A stretch of 51,667 nt of DNA from Patescibacteria group bacterium. GTDB taxonomy: Bacteria > Patescibacteriota > CPR2 > UBA1875 > JAMCYV01. Position numbers and translations under genes: made by a program. The DNA is taken from positions 1-51,667 of the forward strand of contig JAMCYV010000025.1 in NCBI GenBank assembly GCA_023473595.1, in the 5' to 3' direction. This document shows, piece by piece, positions 9,543 through 18,579 of the stretch (positions are counted from its first letter, which is position 1; each line of letters begins with the position of its first letter). The notes beneath the pieces are model-generated. The model ran no database searches, was not told where the DNA came from, and saw nothing but the letters and a program-made list of their open reading frames with translations.

Positions 9543-9913
9543 TATCTTTTAGCGATTAATCTAATGTCTCTAATAATGAAATTCAAGGAGATTAGCATGA
9601 TCAGAAGAGAAGAAAGGGCGCTCATGCTACTTGAAACCGGGAGAGTCTCGGCCAGAGAAAAGATTAGCTCCCGCCAATAACTGATTAGGATCCTTGAATC
9701 GCTAATAGCCAGGGAGACAAACTCTCTAAATTCTGATTGGCTTATTTCTTTCTGAAAGTAGCTGAACGCCGGAATGAAGGCCAAAAGAGAGATTATAAAG
9801 ATCATTAGAAATATAAAAAGCTGCTTTTTCACTTCCTCAATTCTCGATTCTCTTTCGATCCTTTTTATAACCTTTTCATAAAGGTATTTGGGGGTCTCAA
9901 TCTCTTTTTTCAT
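9542..9913 (-). CDS. Putative anti-sigma factor-like membrane protein
   Basis: 123-aa ORF with a short cytoplasmic N-terminus and TM helices. It lies immediately downstream of the ECF sigma gene. Confidence 0.4.
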   Translation of the reverse strand: MKKEIETPKYLYEKVIKRIERESRIEEVKKQLFIFLMIFIISLLAFIPAFSYFQKEISQSEFREFVSLAISDSRILISYWRELIFSLAETLPVSSSMSALSSLLIMLISLNFIIRDIRLIAKR

Positions 9914-9932
9914 TCTCTAATTAATACGTTAA

Positions 9933-10529
9933 TTAATAAATATTTGGTGCGTCGTCTTCTTCAATCAGTTTTTTTAAGAAAATAAGACTCCGGCGATGCC
10001 GGCTTTTTATCGTATTTATCGGAGACTTTAAAAAGCTAGAGATCTCTTTGAAAGTCATTGTTTTTTGATATCTTAAGTTCAAAATTTCCTGGTCTTTTTG
10101 GGAAAGCTTGCTTATTAAATCTCTTATCTCCTGCCTGAATTCCTTCTTTAAGATTTCTTCTGAAGGTAGCGGTTTTTTATCCTTGATCTGTTCAAGCAAG
10201 TTATAATCAGTTTCCGATTTCTCAAAGCTAGAGAAAGGGATTAAGGATTTTTTTCTAAAAAAATCAATAGCAGTATTTTTAATGATAGTTAAAAGCCAGG
10301 GTTTGACCTCTTTTTTGGGATCAAACTTGGACAAGCTCTTCCAAAACTTTACAAAACTTTCTTGGACAATATCTTCAGCAGTCTCTTGCTCCCTAGTAAG
10401 GTCGAAAGCAAAGCGGTAGGCGTCATCTAAATATTTGGCAATTAAAATTTCAAGGCTTAGCTTTTCGCCGTTCAAATAATCTTTGATCAATTCCTGGTCA
10501 GATTTCTTATCCCAATTTGACATAGCCAT
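9933..10529 (-). CDS. RNA polymerase ECF-type sigma-70 family factor
   Basis: Region 2 DIVQESFVKFWKSL. Region 4 HTH LNLRYQKTMTFKEISSFLKSPINTIKSRHRRSL. Confidence 0.88.
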   Translation of the reverse strand: MAMSNWDKKSDQELIKDYLNGEKLSLEILIAKYLDDAYRFAFDLTREQETAEDIVQESFVKFWKSLSKFDPKKEVKPWLLTIIKNTAIDFFRKKSLIPFSSFEKSETDYNLLEQIKDKKPLPSEEILKKEFRQEIRDLISKLSQKDQEILNLRYQKTMTFKEISSFLKSPINTIKSRHRRSLIFLKKLIEEDDAPNIY

Positions 10530-10605
10530 TAATAATACGCATGAATAATAAAAAAAGGTTCAATTAAAGACTAAATCTTATCGCTCAAAAAAGAAAGCTC
10601 AAGTT

Positions 10606-11076
10606 CTAATGAAGTTGAGAGAGTTCGATTTTTCTTATTTTATCTCCCAGCCATTTTAAAATTTTTTCATTTTCTTTTTTGGCTTTTTCGGAAGGATTAA
10701 GTCTTGTGTCTTCCTTTTCTTTGCAACCCTCTAGAATTTTCCAATTATAGTGATTCATAGTTTCCATTAGATATGCTTTGTAAACAGCTCGGTAAGTTTC
10801 GTCTTTATTAAAAGAGATATTTGTTACAACTTCGTCAAAGCTTTTTATAGCAACATCCGCAAGCTCTTCGATATTTGTCATAATCCCTCCCTGGAGAGAC
10901 TCGATTATTTCTAAAAGAGTATTGATATTTTCTTGTGAAAGCCTCGCAAATTCATTAAATTTAGTTCTGATTTCTGTATTATCTACTATCTCACCGCTTT
11001 TTTGATAATTGTTCAAAACAGCTGTTTGAACTACAAGCATCTCATTTATTTTTCCGATAACTTCCTGTTCTTTCAT
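10606..11076 (-). CDS. Hypothetical helical protein
   Basis: 156-aa ORF with composition typical of neighbouring genes. No family was recognised. Confidence 0.5.
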   Translation of the reverse strand: MKEQEVIGKINEMLVVQTAVLNNYQKSGEIVDNTEIRTKFNEFARLSQENINTLLEIIESLQGGIMTNIEELADVAIKSFDEVVTNISFNKDETYRAVYKAYLMETMNHYNWKILEGCKEKEDTRLNPSEKAKKENEKILKWLGDKIRKIELSQLH

Positions 11077-11157
11077 ACTTAAAAGTTACCATTGGTAAGA
11101 AAATAATTTATCGGAAATATTTCCAAAGACTTATTACTTTAAAAAAAGGTTATGCTG

Positions 11158-11166
11158 TGCTATAAT
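11158..11166 (+). promoter_or_regulatory. Candidate extended -10 element (TGcTATAAT)
   Basis: tgctataat lies about 60 nt upstream of the small Zn-ribbon ORF. Confidence 0.3.
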
Positions 11167-11227
11167 TTTTTGTTAGGCAAGTTATTGATTGCAGTTTACA
11201 TATTCGCCAAAATGATTGGAGGTAGGT

Positions 11228-11392
11228 ATGCCGCGTCGAAAGGAAAAGAAGCATCATCAAAACAAACCCGAGAAAAGATGCCCGGGTTGTGGCAGAACTC
11301 ATCGGGAGAACACTATTTACTGTAAACAATGCAAGAAAGAGCGGGAACATCAGCCGGTGAAACCCGGCTATGCCTTTAGCAAAGGAGTGTGA
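11228..11392 (+). CDS. Small basic zinc-ribbon protein (54 aa, not in the ORF track)
   Basis: GGAGG lies 5 nt upstream of the ATG. Sequence: MPRRKEKKHHQNKPEKRCPGCGRTHRENTIYCKQCKKEREHQPVKPGYAFSKGV, with CxxC...CxxC. Confidence 0.45.
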   Translation: MPRRKEKKHHQNKPEKRCPGCGRTHRENTIYCKQCKKEREHQPVKPGYAFSKGV

Positions 11393-11393
11393 G

Positions 11394-11618
11394 GTGACTG
11401 GTGATCCATATAGGTTGAATAATCCTCCTATGGATGCTGGATGGATAGGTTTCAGGCTGGGGATGGATGACTACTTCAAAGCGAGAAATAATCTCATCCA
11501 AGCGATTAAGCGTTTTCCTCTTTTCGTCATTGTTCGTTTCTCTTCAATGAAGCAGGTGGTAGAGGAAATCGTTCAGGAGGAATTGTTCGAGGCTTCGGCT
11601 TTGGCGGCATGCTACTAG
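11394..11618 (+). CDS. Hypothetical protein (GTG start after AAGGAG)
   Basis: AAGGAG lies 6 nt upstream of GTG 11394, immediately after the Zn-ribbon stop. It sits in a locally G+C-rich stretch. No family was recognised. Confidence 0.3.
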   Translation: MTGDPYRLNNPPMDAGWIGFRLGMDDYFKARNNLIQAIKRFPLFVIVRFSSMKQVVEEIVQEELFEASALAACY

Positions 11619-11736
11619 AACAGGAGAGAAGCCAAGGGGTGTATGAAAGTTCAAGGGCTTTGCAACGGCCCACCCTCCTTCCTCTTTGGCCAATCTCCTT
11701 TAAGGTACTGGTGTGGCCCTCCTCGCCGGTACCATA

Positions 11737-11761
11737 CGGGCGCCCCTTCGCGGGGCGCCCG
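11737..11761. terminator. GC-rich perfect hairpin (10-bp stem) without a canonical T-tract
   Basis: cgggcgcccc-ttcgc-ggggcgcccg. Confidence 0.35.
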
Positions 11762-11809
11762 CTCGCTATCTATTTGATTTAATCGCTCTCATCAGTTAGC
11801 ATAAAAGAG

Positions 11810-12175
11810 ATGAATGATTTTCAAAAAAGGATTCATAAATTTGCCCAAGACAGGGATTGGAAACAGTTCCATAATCCCAAGGATCTTCTTTTGGGGATAG
11901 TCGAGGAAGTCGGCGAAATCCGAAACATTGTCAAATGGGAGCAGGATCCGGCAAAGATTGAAAAGGTTTTAGAAGACAATAAATCCGAGCTCAAAAATCA
12001 TATTGGCGATATTTATTGGTTCTTATCTCTTCTTGCTAATGGCACGAATATTAATTTGGATGAGGCAATCGACGAGGTTATTACTGAAAACGAAGGAAGG
12101 TTTCCTGTCAAAGAGGTTAAATCAGCCCATACCAACCGCTACCTAGGCGGCAAAGACAAACAATACGACGATTAA
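11810..12175 (+). CDS. MazG-like nucleotide pyrophosphohydrolase
   Basis: FAQDRDWKQFHNPKDLLLGIVEEVGEI...IGDIYWFLSLLAN matches the all-alpha NTP-PPase pattern. Confidence 0.8.
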   Translation: MNDFQKRIHKFAQDRDWKQFHNPKDLLLGIVEEVGEIRNIVKWEQDPAKIEKVLEDNKSELKNHIGDIYWFLSLLANGTNINLDEAIDEVITENEGRFPVKEVKSAHTNRYLGGKDKQYDD

Positions 12176-12227
12176 TTTAGCTTGTTAATACATGTAAATC
12201 CCTTTCCCAATCTGTTAGACAAAGTAA

Positions 12228-12716
12228 ATGGGAAGAAAAAAGGGATTTTTTTATATTCTTATTCCTTTAATTGCTGTAATGACAGCTTTAATCGGGGGTT
12301 ATTATACGAATAAGGGACTAGGCGATTGGTACCAGAAATTAAAAAAGCCTAGTTGGACGCCGCCTGGAAATTTCATTGGTTTAGTTTGGACTATTATTTA
12401 CACTCTAACTTCTATTTCAGCGATTTTTGTTTTAAGAAAAGCTAAGAGGGAAGAAAAACCAAAATTGGCTTTTTTATATCTCTTGAACGCATTTCTAAAT
12501 GCTTTTTGGAGCTATCTTTTCTTTTATAGGCATAAGATTAGGTCGGCGTCGGCTTTCTTAGAAGCGAATGCTTTGAATCTTTCAGTTCTTTCAATAATAA
12601 AAACCGATTGGAAGATTTCTCCAGTCGCTTCTCTCCTTTTAATCCCTTATGCTCTTTGGGTTAGTTTCGCTACCTTTCTTACCTATAAAATTGAGGAATT
12701 GAACCGAAAACGCTAA
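12228..12716 (+). CDS. TspO/MBR family tryptophan-rich sensory protein
   Basis: WYQKLKKPSWTPPGNFIGLVWTIIY, with five TM helices. Confidence 0.85.
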   Translation: MGRKKGFFYILIPLIAVMTALIGGYYTNKGLGDWYQKLKKPSWTPPGNFIGLVWTIIYTLTSISAIFVLRKAKREEKPKLAFLYLLNAFLNAFWSYLFFYRHKIRSASAFLEANALNLSVLSIIKTDWKISPVASLLLIPYALWVSFATFLTYKIEELNRKR

Positions 12717-12753
12717 TTTGCTCATCTTTTAGGTTTCAGCTACAATATTTCCT

Positions 12754-13425
12754 ATGGAAAAGAAAATGAAGCTTTGGACTAAGACTGACTGGATGCTTCT
12801 TACTCTAGTTATTTCCTCCTTTGTTATTTCCCTTCTTCTAGCTCCGAAACTTCCGGATATTGTTCCGACCCATTGGGGATTTTCCGGTGAGATAGATGGC
12901 TGGGGCAGCAAATGGATCAATCTTTTACTCTCGCCTTCGATTGCTCTTCTTATTCTTCTTGGGATGGCGTTTATGCCTAAAATCGACCCCTTATTTAAAA
13001 GTTACAAAGAGTTTGAGAAAGAATATATTAACTTAAGATCAATTTTTGTCATCTTTTTCTTGTTTTTTCATGCAGTTCTTCTCTATAACTCCTTCTATCC
13101 TTCGGTTAATTTGGTGCCGAAAGCGATTCCTCTGGGAATTGGGATTTTCATTGGCTACATTGGCTACATTATGCCGAAATTTAAAAGAAACTGGTTTGTC
13201 GGCATCAAAACAGCTTGGACCATTTCTTCACAGAAAAGCTGGGATGCCACTCATAATCTGGGAGGAAAGCTTTTTATGCTAGCAGGAGCAATAGGAATTA
13301 TTAGTACTCTTTTTGCTCCTAAATTTACTTTTATATTATTTTTGACAGCTATCCTTTTTGCCGGAATCATTCCCATAATTTACTCTTATTATGTTTGGAA
13401 AGAGGATAAAGGTAAAATTAGTTAA
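12754..13425 (+). CDS. SdpI/YhfL family membrane protein (DUF1648 + SdpI)
   Basis: PTHWGFSGEIDGWGSKW and NWFVGIKTAWTISSQKSWDATHNLGGKLF. Confidence 0.8.
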   Translation: MEKKMKLWTKTDWMLLTLVISSFVISLLLAPKLPDIVPTHWGFSGEIDGWGSKWINLLLSPSIALLILLGMAFMPKIDPLFKSYKEFEKEYINLRSIFVIFFLFFHAVLLYNSFYPSVNLVPKAIPLGIGIFIGYIGYIMPKFKRNWFVGIKTAWTISSQKSWDATHNLGGKLFMLAGAIGIISTLFAPKFTFILFLTAILFAGIIPIIYSYYVWKEDKGKIS

Positions 13426-13434
13426 GGAGGGAAA

Positions 13435-14127
13435 ATGGCCGAAGAAAATGAAACAATCCCAGAACAAAAGCCTAAAAGCAAAAAATTCTTTATCATTTTA
13501 ACGATAGTTTTTCTTATTCTGGCTGTCGGGATTATTAGTGCAGGCTGGTATTTTGCAAGCAAAAAAGAAGCCAAGGCTAAGCAAGATTTCGAAAAACAAA
13601 TTCAGGATCTAACAAAGCAGATTGATGAGGAAAAATCCAAAGCCGAGGCCGCTAAGAAAGAGGAGAAAAAAGAGGAACCCAAGCGGGTAAAGGCGCTTTG
13701 TGCTTCAACCTTAACACAAGCAGACCAAGACTCAATAACTACTTGGAAAACTTACTCAAAAGATAATTACTCCTTCAAATACCCTGAAGACTGGACTATA
13801 GACAGGGAATCAGAAGGGTATGTTCTAATGAAAGATAATTATGGGACTTCCTTTGAATTTATGGTTGGGGAAGAAGCATCTGCTACTATATCAGGGTATG
13901 AGACAGAAGCGACTAAGGATATAAAAATTGCCTGCCAAGATGCGACTGAAACTTTTAAAATTGGGCTTTCGGGACTTGAGGATTACCGCTTAATTGTCAC
14001 AGAGTTCACCAAAGATTCTATTCCTTATAAGATAAATTTTAACTATAAATATACGATCGGGGCTTCAATTTCTAGCGATTTTGTCGAGGGCTATGAGCTC
14101 ACTTTAAAGTTGGTCGTAATTAACTAA
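13435..14127 (+). CDS. Membrane-anchored secreted hypothetical protein
   Basis: TM anchor, Lys/Glu-rich coiled segment, then TWKTYSKDNYSFKYPEDW. Confidence 0.6.
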   Translation: MAEENETIPEQKPKSKKFFIILTIVFLILAVGIISAGWYFASKKEAKAKQDFEKQIQDLTKQIDEEKSKAEAAKKEEKKEEPKRVKALCASTLTQADQDSITTWKTYSKDNYSFKYPEDWTIDRESEGYVLMKDNYGTSFEFMVGEEASATISGYETEATKDIKIACQDATETFKIGLSGLEDYRLIVTEFTKDSIPYKINFNYKYTIGASISSDFVEGYELTLKLVVIN

Positions 14128-14511
14128 ATGGCGACTTATCCAACTCACAGAACGGAGCCTTATTTTTCTCTTGTTAGAGAAGGCAAAAAAACCATTGAAG
14201 TTCGCTTAAACAGAGGCAAGTTTAAGGAAATGAAGCCTGGTGACCTCATAGAAGTCCAAAATAATGAAGAGACTGACCAGTACTTGGTTAAAATCATTGA
14301 CATTCGTAAATATAGAGACTCTAATGAAATGTTTGAAAATGAAGATTTTAAAATGGTTAATCCGAATGCCAGTACAATTGAAGAAACGATTTCTGGAATC
14401 AGGGAGTTTTATTCAAGGGAAAATGAGAAAAAGCATGGCATTAATGCCATTGAAGTTCAAGTGGTAACCGTAGATAAATTTGGTATTTTGAAAGTAACAT
14501 TAAACTCCTAA
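14128..14511 (+). CDS. ASCH domain protein
   Basis: EPYFSLVREGKKTIEVRLNRGKFKEMKPGDLIEV. The start abuts the previous stop. Confidence 0.7.
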   Translation: MATYPTHRTEPYFSLVREGKKTIEVRLNRGKFKEMKPGDLIEVQNNEETDQYLVKIIDIRKYRDSNEMFENEDFKMVNPNASTIEETISGIREFYSRENEKKHGINAIEVQVVTVDKFGILKVTLNS

Positions 14512-14529
14512 AAAAGCTATCTTAAAGCC

Positions 14530-15003
14530 ATGCAGATAAAAAGCCCAGCTTTTGAGAACGAAAACTTTGTTCCCGAAAAATACACTTGCGACGGGTCAAA
14601 TATCAACCCTTCTTTCGAGTTCATAGACGTTCCTGAAGAGACTAAGAGCTTGGTCTTTATCATGGACGATCCGGATGCTCCCAGAGAGACTTTTGTCCAT
14701 TGGCTTCTTTTCAATATCAACCCTAAAGTAAAAAAGATAGAAGAGGATAGTTTCCCGGAAGGAGCGACTCAAGGACACACCAGTCTTGACGATCACGGCT
14801 ACATAGGTCCTTGTCCGCCTTCAGGAGTTCACAGGTATTACTTTAAGCTGTATGCTCTAGATACAATTTTTACAGAACTTTCGGAAGAGGCTGATAAAGA
14901 AGCTGTTGAGATGGCAATGGAAGGGCATATCTTAGCCGAGGCTGAAATTATGGGACTCTATGGAAAGAGGCTGATGAGGAACCAGCCTTGGGATACGGAA
15001 TAA
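14530..15003 (+). CDS. YbhB/YbcL family Raf-kinase-inhibitor-like (PEBP) protein
   Basis: DDPDAP, HWLLFNI, GPCPPSGVHRYYFKLYALD. Confidence 0.9.
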   Translation: MQIKSPAFENENFVPEKYTCDGSNINPSFEFIDVPEETKSLVFIMDDPDAPRETFVHWLLFNINPKVKKIEEDSFPEGATQGHTSLDDHGYIGPCPPSGVHRYYFKLYALDTIFTELSEEADKEAVEMAMEGHILAEAEIMGLYGKRLMRNQPWDTE

Positions 15004-16386
15004 TTAATGGGTGAGTAACATTTTATCTATCTCTTGGGGAGACAAATCCTTGGCTTTTTTGCTCTCCTTTAAAGTAAGAGGGATCTTAAAGCCAAAAAGG
15101 CTTCCTTTCTTTTCCTTGCTTTCGAAAATGATCTCTCCTTCATGTTTTTCAACGATCTCTTTAGCTAAATAAAGCTGGAGGCCGGTGCCGTCCGGTCGGA
15201 TTCTTACGGCATTATCCGAACGGTAAAATTTATGGAAGATGTTTAACTTATCTTCTATTTTAATCCCGATTCCAGTGTCGGCAACTTTGAAAACAAAGTT
15301 ATTTTTTTCTTTTTTCAAAGTAATTTTGATTTGGCCCTTCTCGGTGTAGCTAATGGCGTTTTCAATGAAATAACTTATAACTCTGCCTATCTTTTCTTCA
15401 TCTATAGTAGCGGTAATCTCCTCTTTAGGTTTTTCATAAATAAGCTCGACCGGTTTTTCTTTAACCTGTGGCGAAAGAAGTTTCACCTTGTCTTCGACCA
15501 AGCGACTGATATTTGTAGGAATCAAAGTAAGCCCAAACCTTCCGGCTTCAATGCTTGAGACATCTATAACTTCACCAACTACATTTGAAAGCCCGACGAC
15601 GCCCTGGTTTAATTGGTCTAGAAAGAAAGTCTCTTCTTTAGTGAAAGATTTTCTGGTCGTGATTTTATTAAACATTTCGAGGTAACCCTTAACTAAAGTT
15701 AAGGGCGTTCTCATTTGATGCGAAATAATCCTTATAAAATCACCCTTGATTTTATCAGTTTTTTTCAGCTCCTCGTAATTTTTTTCCAAGGTTTTGTAGA
15801 GCTTATCAAGCTCATTTCTTTCTTTTTTTTCAGAACGAATTGAACTTACTAAATAAGTACTATAATAAGCGGTAAAAAACAGAATCATTGCTCTTAAAAG
15901 GAGGCTAATGACAGTAAACAGATTGAAGACTATTTCGCCCGTTTGAAGCAGATATAAAAATTCGATGGCTAGACTTAATGAGCCGATTATTGCAACCAAA
16001 TAAGGAAGATAGATACTTAAATTGTAAGCTCCCCCGATAATAATAAAGAGGTAGATAAAAACAAAAGGTCCGTTGATCCGACCCAGATGATGCAAAATCA
16101 AGCTTAAGAGTATAGCTCCACCTAAATATTCTGCATAACGGAAGATTCCCAAGACTTTTTTCCCTCTTGAAAAAAGATAATAGCCCAAGACAGAGGTAAG
16201 AAAAAACCAATAAAAAGCAATAATCGTAAAAAGTCTGATCATTTGGGGATCAAAAGTAGAGGGGAGATTGAGATTCATCCCGGCAATAATATAAAGAGCA
16301 AAAAGACTAGTTCCAGAGCCTAAAATTTTTATTAGGATTGAAGCACGGTGAATTCTTTTTTCTATCTCTGTTGGTTTTTCATTCAT
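15004..16386 (-). CDS. Sensor histidine kinase (polytopic N-terminus; no adjacent response regulator)
   Basis: H-box SHQMRTPLT. HATPase motifs NAISYT, DTGIGI and GTGLQLYLAKEIV. Confidence 0.88.
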   Translation of the reverse strand: MNEKPTEIEKRIHRASILIKILGSGTSLFALYIIAGMNLNLPSTFDPQMIRLFTIIAFYWFFLTSVLGYYLFSRGKKVLGIFRYAEYLGGAILLSLILHHLGRINGPFVFIYLFIIIGGAYNLSIYLPYLVAIIGSLSLAIEFLYLLQTGEIVFNLFTVISLLLRAMILFFTAYYSTYLVSSIRSEKKERNELDKLYKTLEKNYEELKKTDKIKGDFIRIISHQMRTPLTLVKGYLEMFNKITTRKSFTKEETFFLDQLNQGVVGLSNVVGEVIDVSSIEAGRFGLTLIPTNISRLVEDKVKLLSPQVKEKPVELIYEKPKEEITATIDEEKIGRVISYFIENAISYTEKGQIKITLKKEKNNFVFKVADTGIGIKIEDKLNIFHKFYRSDNAVRIRPDGTGLQLYLAKEIVEKHEGEIIFESKEKKGSLFGFKIPLTLKESKKAKDLSPQEIDKMLLTH

Positions 16387-16441
16387 TTAACTCTAATGGT
16401 ATAACAATTTTTCTGTATTTTAAAGCGAGCATATGAAAAAT

Positions 16442-16469
16442 TTTACAAATACAGAAAGCAGTGTATAAT
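16442..16469 (+). promoter_or_regulatory. Candidate sigma70-type promoter (TTTACA-16 nt-TATAAT)
   Basis: -35 tttaca at 16442-16447 and -10 tataat at 16464-16469, about 30 nt upstream of ATG 16498. GGGGGAGG serves as the RBS. Confidence 0.45.
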
Positions 16470-16497
16470 AAGGTGTGATTAATAAAGGGGGAGGAAA

Positions 16498-17100
16498 ATG
16501 AAAAGAAATACATACATCATTATTGGAGTTATCGTTGTTTTGACCTTGGGAGGAGGCTACTACTTCTTATCAAATAATAAAAAATCTTCAGAAAATAAGA
16601 CTCAGACGACTGAAGGCCAGAACCAATCTAAACCTACAGAGAGCCAAGAAATAAAAAATGAACAAGCTACAAATAATGAAAATCCCCAAGGGACTAAAGA
16701 GGAAGTAACTCCGAAAACTTATTCTAACAGCAGGTACTCTTTTTCTTTTAACTATCCTTCTGACTGGGCGATAGAGACTACTTTAAATCCTGATAATTTT
16801 ATCCTTAAAAAAGGCAATGAAAAGATTAATGTCAGTATTTTGCAGCAGGAGTCGTGGTCACAGACCTTGGACCAATTCTTTGAAAATGCTAGCCAGCTTA
16901 CTATTACCGATAAAATAACGGTAAATGGCATTGAAGGCGGAAAATATACCTCAAGCTCCCAAACTTTGGGGGAGAGGGTCGGCCAAACCTTCTATCTTCC
17001 TTCGGCTAAGGTCTTTCTGGATTTTCAAACTTCATATAAGCCTTCTGATAATACCAAACAAGTCTTAGAAAACCTTACAAAGACGCTTAAATTAAATTAA
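16498..17100 (+). CDS. Membrane-anchored secreted hypothetical protein
   Basis: TM anchor, low-complexity Q/N/E linker, then KTYSNSRYSFSFNYPSDW. Confidence 0.6.
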   Translation: MKRNTYIIIGVIVVLTLGGGYYFLSNNKKSSENKTQTTEGQNQSKPTESQEIKNEQATNNENPQGTKEEVTPKTYSNSRYSFSFNYPSDWAIETTLNPDNFILKKGNEKINVSILQQESWSQTLDQFFENASQLTITDKITVNGIEGGKYTSSSQTLGERVGQTFYLPSAKVFLDFQTSYKPSDNTKQVLENLTKTLKLN

Positions 17101-17104
17101 GAAA

Positions 17105-18148
17105 TTGACGCCTCAAGAATTCAAAAAACTTTTCTTTGAAAGAGTAGAGAAAGCTGATTCTATTCTAATTACTACTCACATGGCTCCGGATGGGGATGCA
17201 ATCGCTTCTCTTCTTGTAATGTTTGCTTTCTTGAAAGAAAAGTATCCCACAAAAAGGCTTGAGATGGCAATTACCGGCGAAGTGAAACAGAAGTGGTCTG
17301 GTTTTTTAAACTTTCAACAAATAATAGCGGTTTCAGACATTGCCGAGAAAATAAATTTTGCTGATCTTGTTATTATCTTGGATGCCAACCAGTCTTTAAC
17401 GATTACAAGGGATCCAAGAGTTCTAGAAGAAAATAAAGAAAAGATAGTCGTTATCGATCACCATCAGAAAACAGGAGAAAAGTTCGGGCTCTCTTGGGTT
17501 AAAAATGATCAAGGACCAACGGCTCAAGTCATTTATTATCTTTTTTATGAAGACCAGCCAAAGATTAAAAAAGAGATTGCCGAACTTCTCTATATGGGTA
17601 TTTCTTCAGACACCGGACATTTTAGCTTTATTACCGATAAAGATGCAGAGTCGTATGAAGTCGCCGCCAGATTGATTAAAGGGGGAAAAATAAAAGTTGA
17701 AGATTTAAAAGCCAGATATTCAGGTTTTGATTGGAATACGATAGAGGCTTATAAGGAGTTGATTAATAACTGCCAGCTTTATAAAATTCCTGGTTGGCCG
17801 AACTTTATTGCCACCTTTATTCCTCGGAAATTTATGGAAGGCAAAAACCATGGGCCGGTTACCTTAAACGAGGCTTCGGCAATGTACCAAGGAAGTTTTT
17901 TTAGAGAAGTTTTAGACGCCGACTGGTCGATTGTTCTTTATCCAAAAGAGAATAGTGAGATTAGGCTTTCTCTTAGATCAAAGCCGGACAAAGTCAATGT
18001 TAGGGAACTTGTAACTAGGCTTGGAATTCCCGGAGGCGGCCACATCCCGGCGGCCGGCGGAAGCTATCTAGATTCTAAAAAAGATTCGCCGGAAATTTTA
18101 GAAGAAATTTTAAGCTGGCTAAAAGAGAACAAATTGCTTGTAACATAA
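17105..18148 (+). CDS. DHH/DHHA1 family phosphoesterase (NrnA-like)
   Basis: HMAPDGDAIAS, DHHQ, GGGHIPAAG. TTG start. Confidence 0.85.
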   Translation: MTPQEFKKLFFERVEKADSILITTHMAPDGDAIASLLVMFAFLKEKYPTKRLEMAITGEVKQKWSGFLNFQQIIAVSDIAEKINFADLVIILDANQSLTITRDPRVLEENKEKIVVIDHHQKTGEKFGLSWVKNDQGPTAQVIYYLFYEDQPKIKKEIAELLYMGISSDTGHFSFITDKDAESYEVAARLIKGGKIKVEDLKARYSGFDWNTIEAYKELINNCQLYKIPGWPNFIATFIPRKFMEGKNHGPVTLNEASAMYQGSFFREVLDADWSIVLYPKENSEIRLSLRSKPDKVNVRELVTRLGIPGGGHIPAAGGSYLDSKKDSPEILEEILSWLKENKLLVT

Positions 18149-18246
18149 GGGTTTTAATCTTATAATAAGGCCAAGATTTATACTAGAGAAGAAAGGGTTA
18201 CCAGAACTTTCACATGCTAATTTTTTCAAGAAAAGGGGTGAAATAG

Positions 18247-18579
18247 ATGGTCGTCATCAATTGGCTGATAGTGCATTGGTTTGCGCTCATTGGGATAGCT
18301 TTTGGGTTTATCATCGGAGCCCTCGGCTCCTATTATGCCCACGATTATAATCGCAAAGTCGCTTTCCAAGCGGCTACCTTCGGGGTTTTTGCTGCTGGAG
18401 CGATGTTAATGATTTGGGGATGGAGCAAAGTTGTTCATGTGTCTGATCCCCAATCTACAGTAGGACTCTTTATTATGCTGATTATTGCAATACCGCCCTG
18501 GGTCATTGGTGAAACGCTATTAGATCGGCGGAAAAGCAAGGAAGTAAAAAGGCTGGTGAGGGAGGTGAAAGCATGGTGA
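18247..18579 (+). CDS. Small membrane protein (3 TM), locally G+C-rich
   Basis: 110-aa ORF with AAGGGGTG upstream. Its stop overlaps the next start (ATGGTGA). Confidence 0.5.
   Translation: MVVINWLIVHWFALIGIAFGFIIGALGSYYAHDYNRKVAFQAATFGVFAAGAMLMIWGWSKVVHVSDPQSTVGLFIMLIIAIPPWVIGETLLDRRKSKEVKRLVREVKAW

Noticed and set aside
11150-11350. A 66-aa minus-strand ORF.
   Set aside because: It has no SD. The plus strand carries a zinc-ribbon ORF with GGAGG at the proper spacing and an extended -10 upstream.
11620-11800. A G+C-rich non-coding tail, considered as a known housekeeping RNA (tmRNA, SRP RNA, RNase P or 6S).
   Set aside because: I could not find any diagnostic conserved motif of those RNAs on either strand. 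It is reported only as an unexplained structured region.
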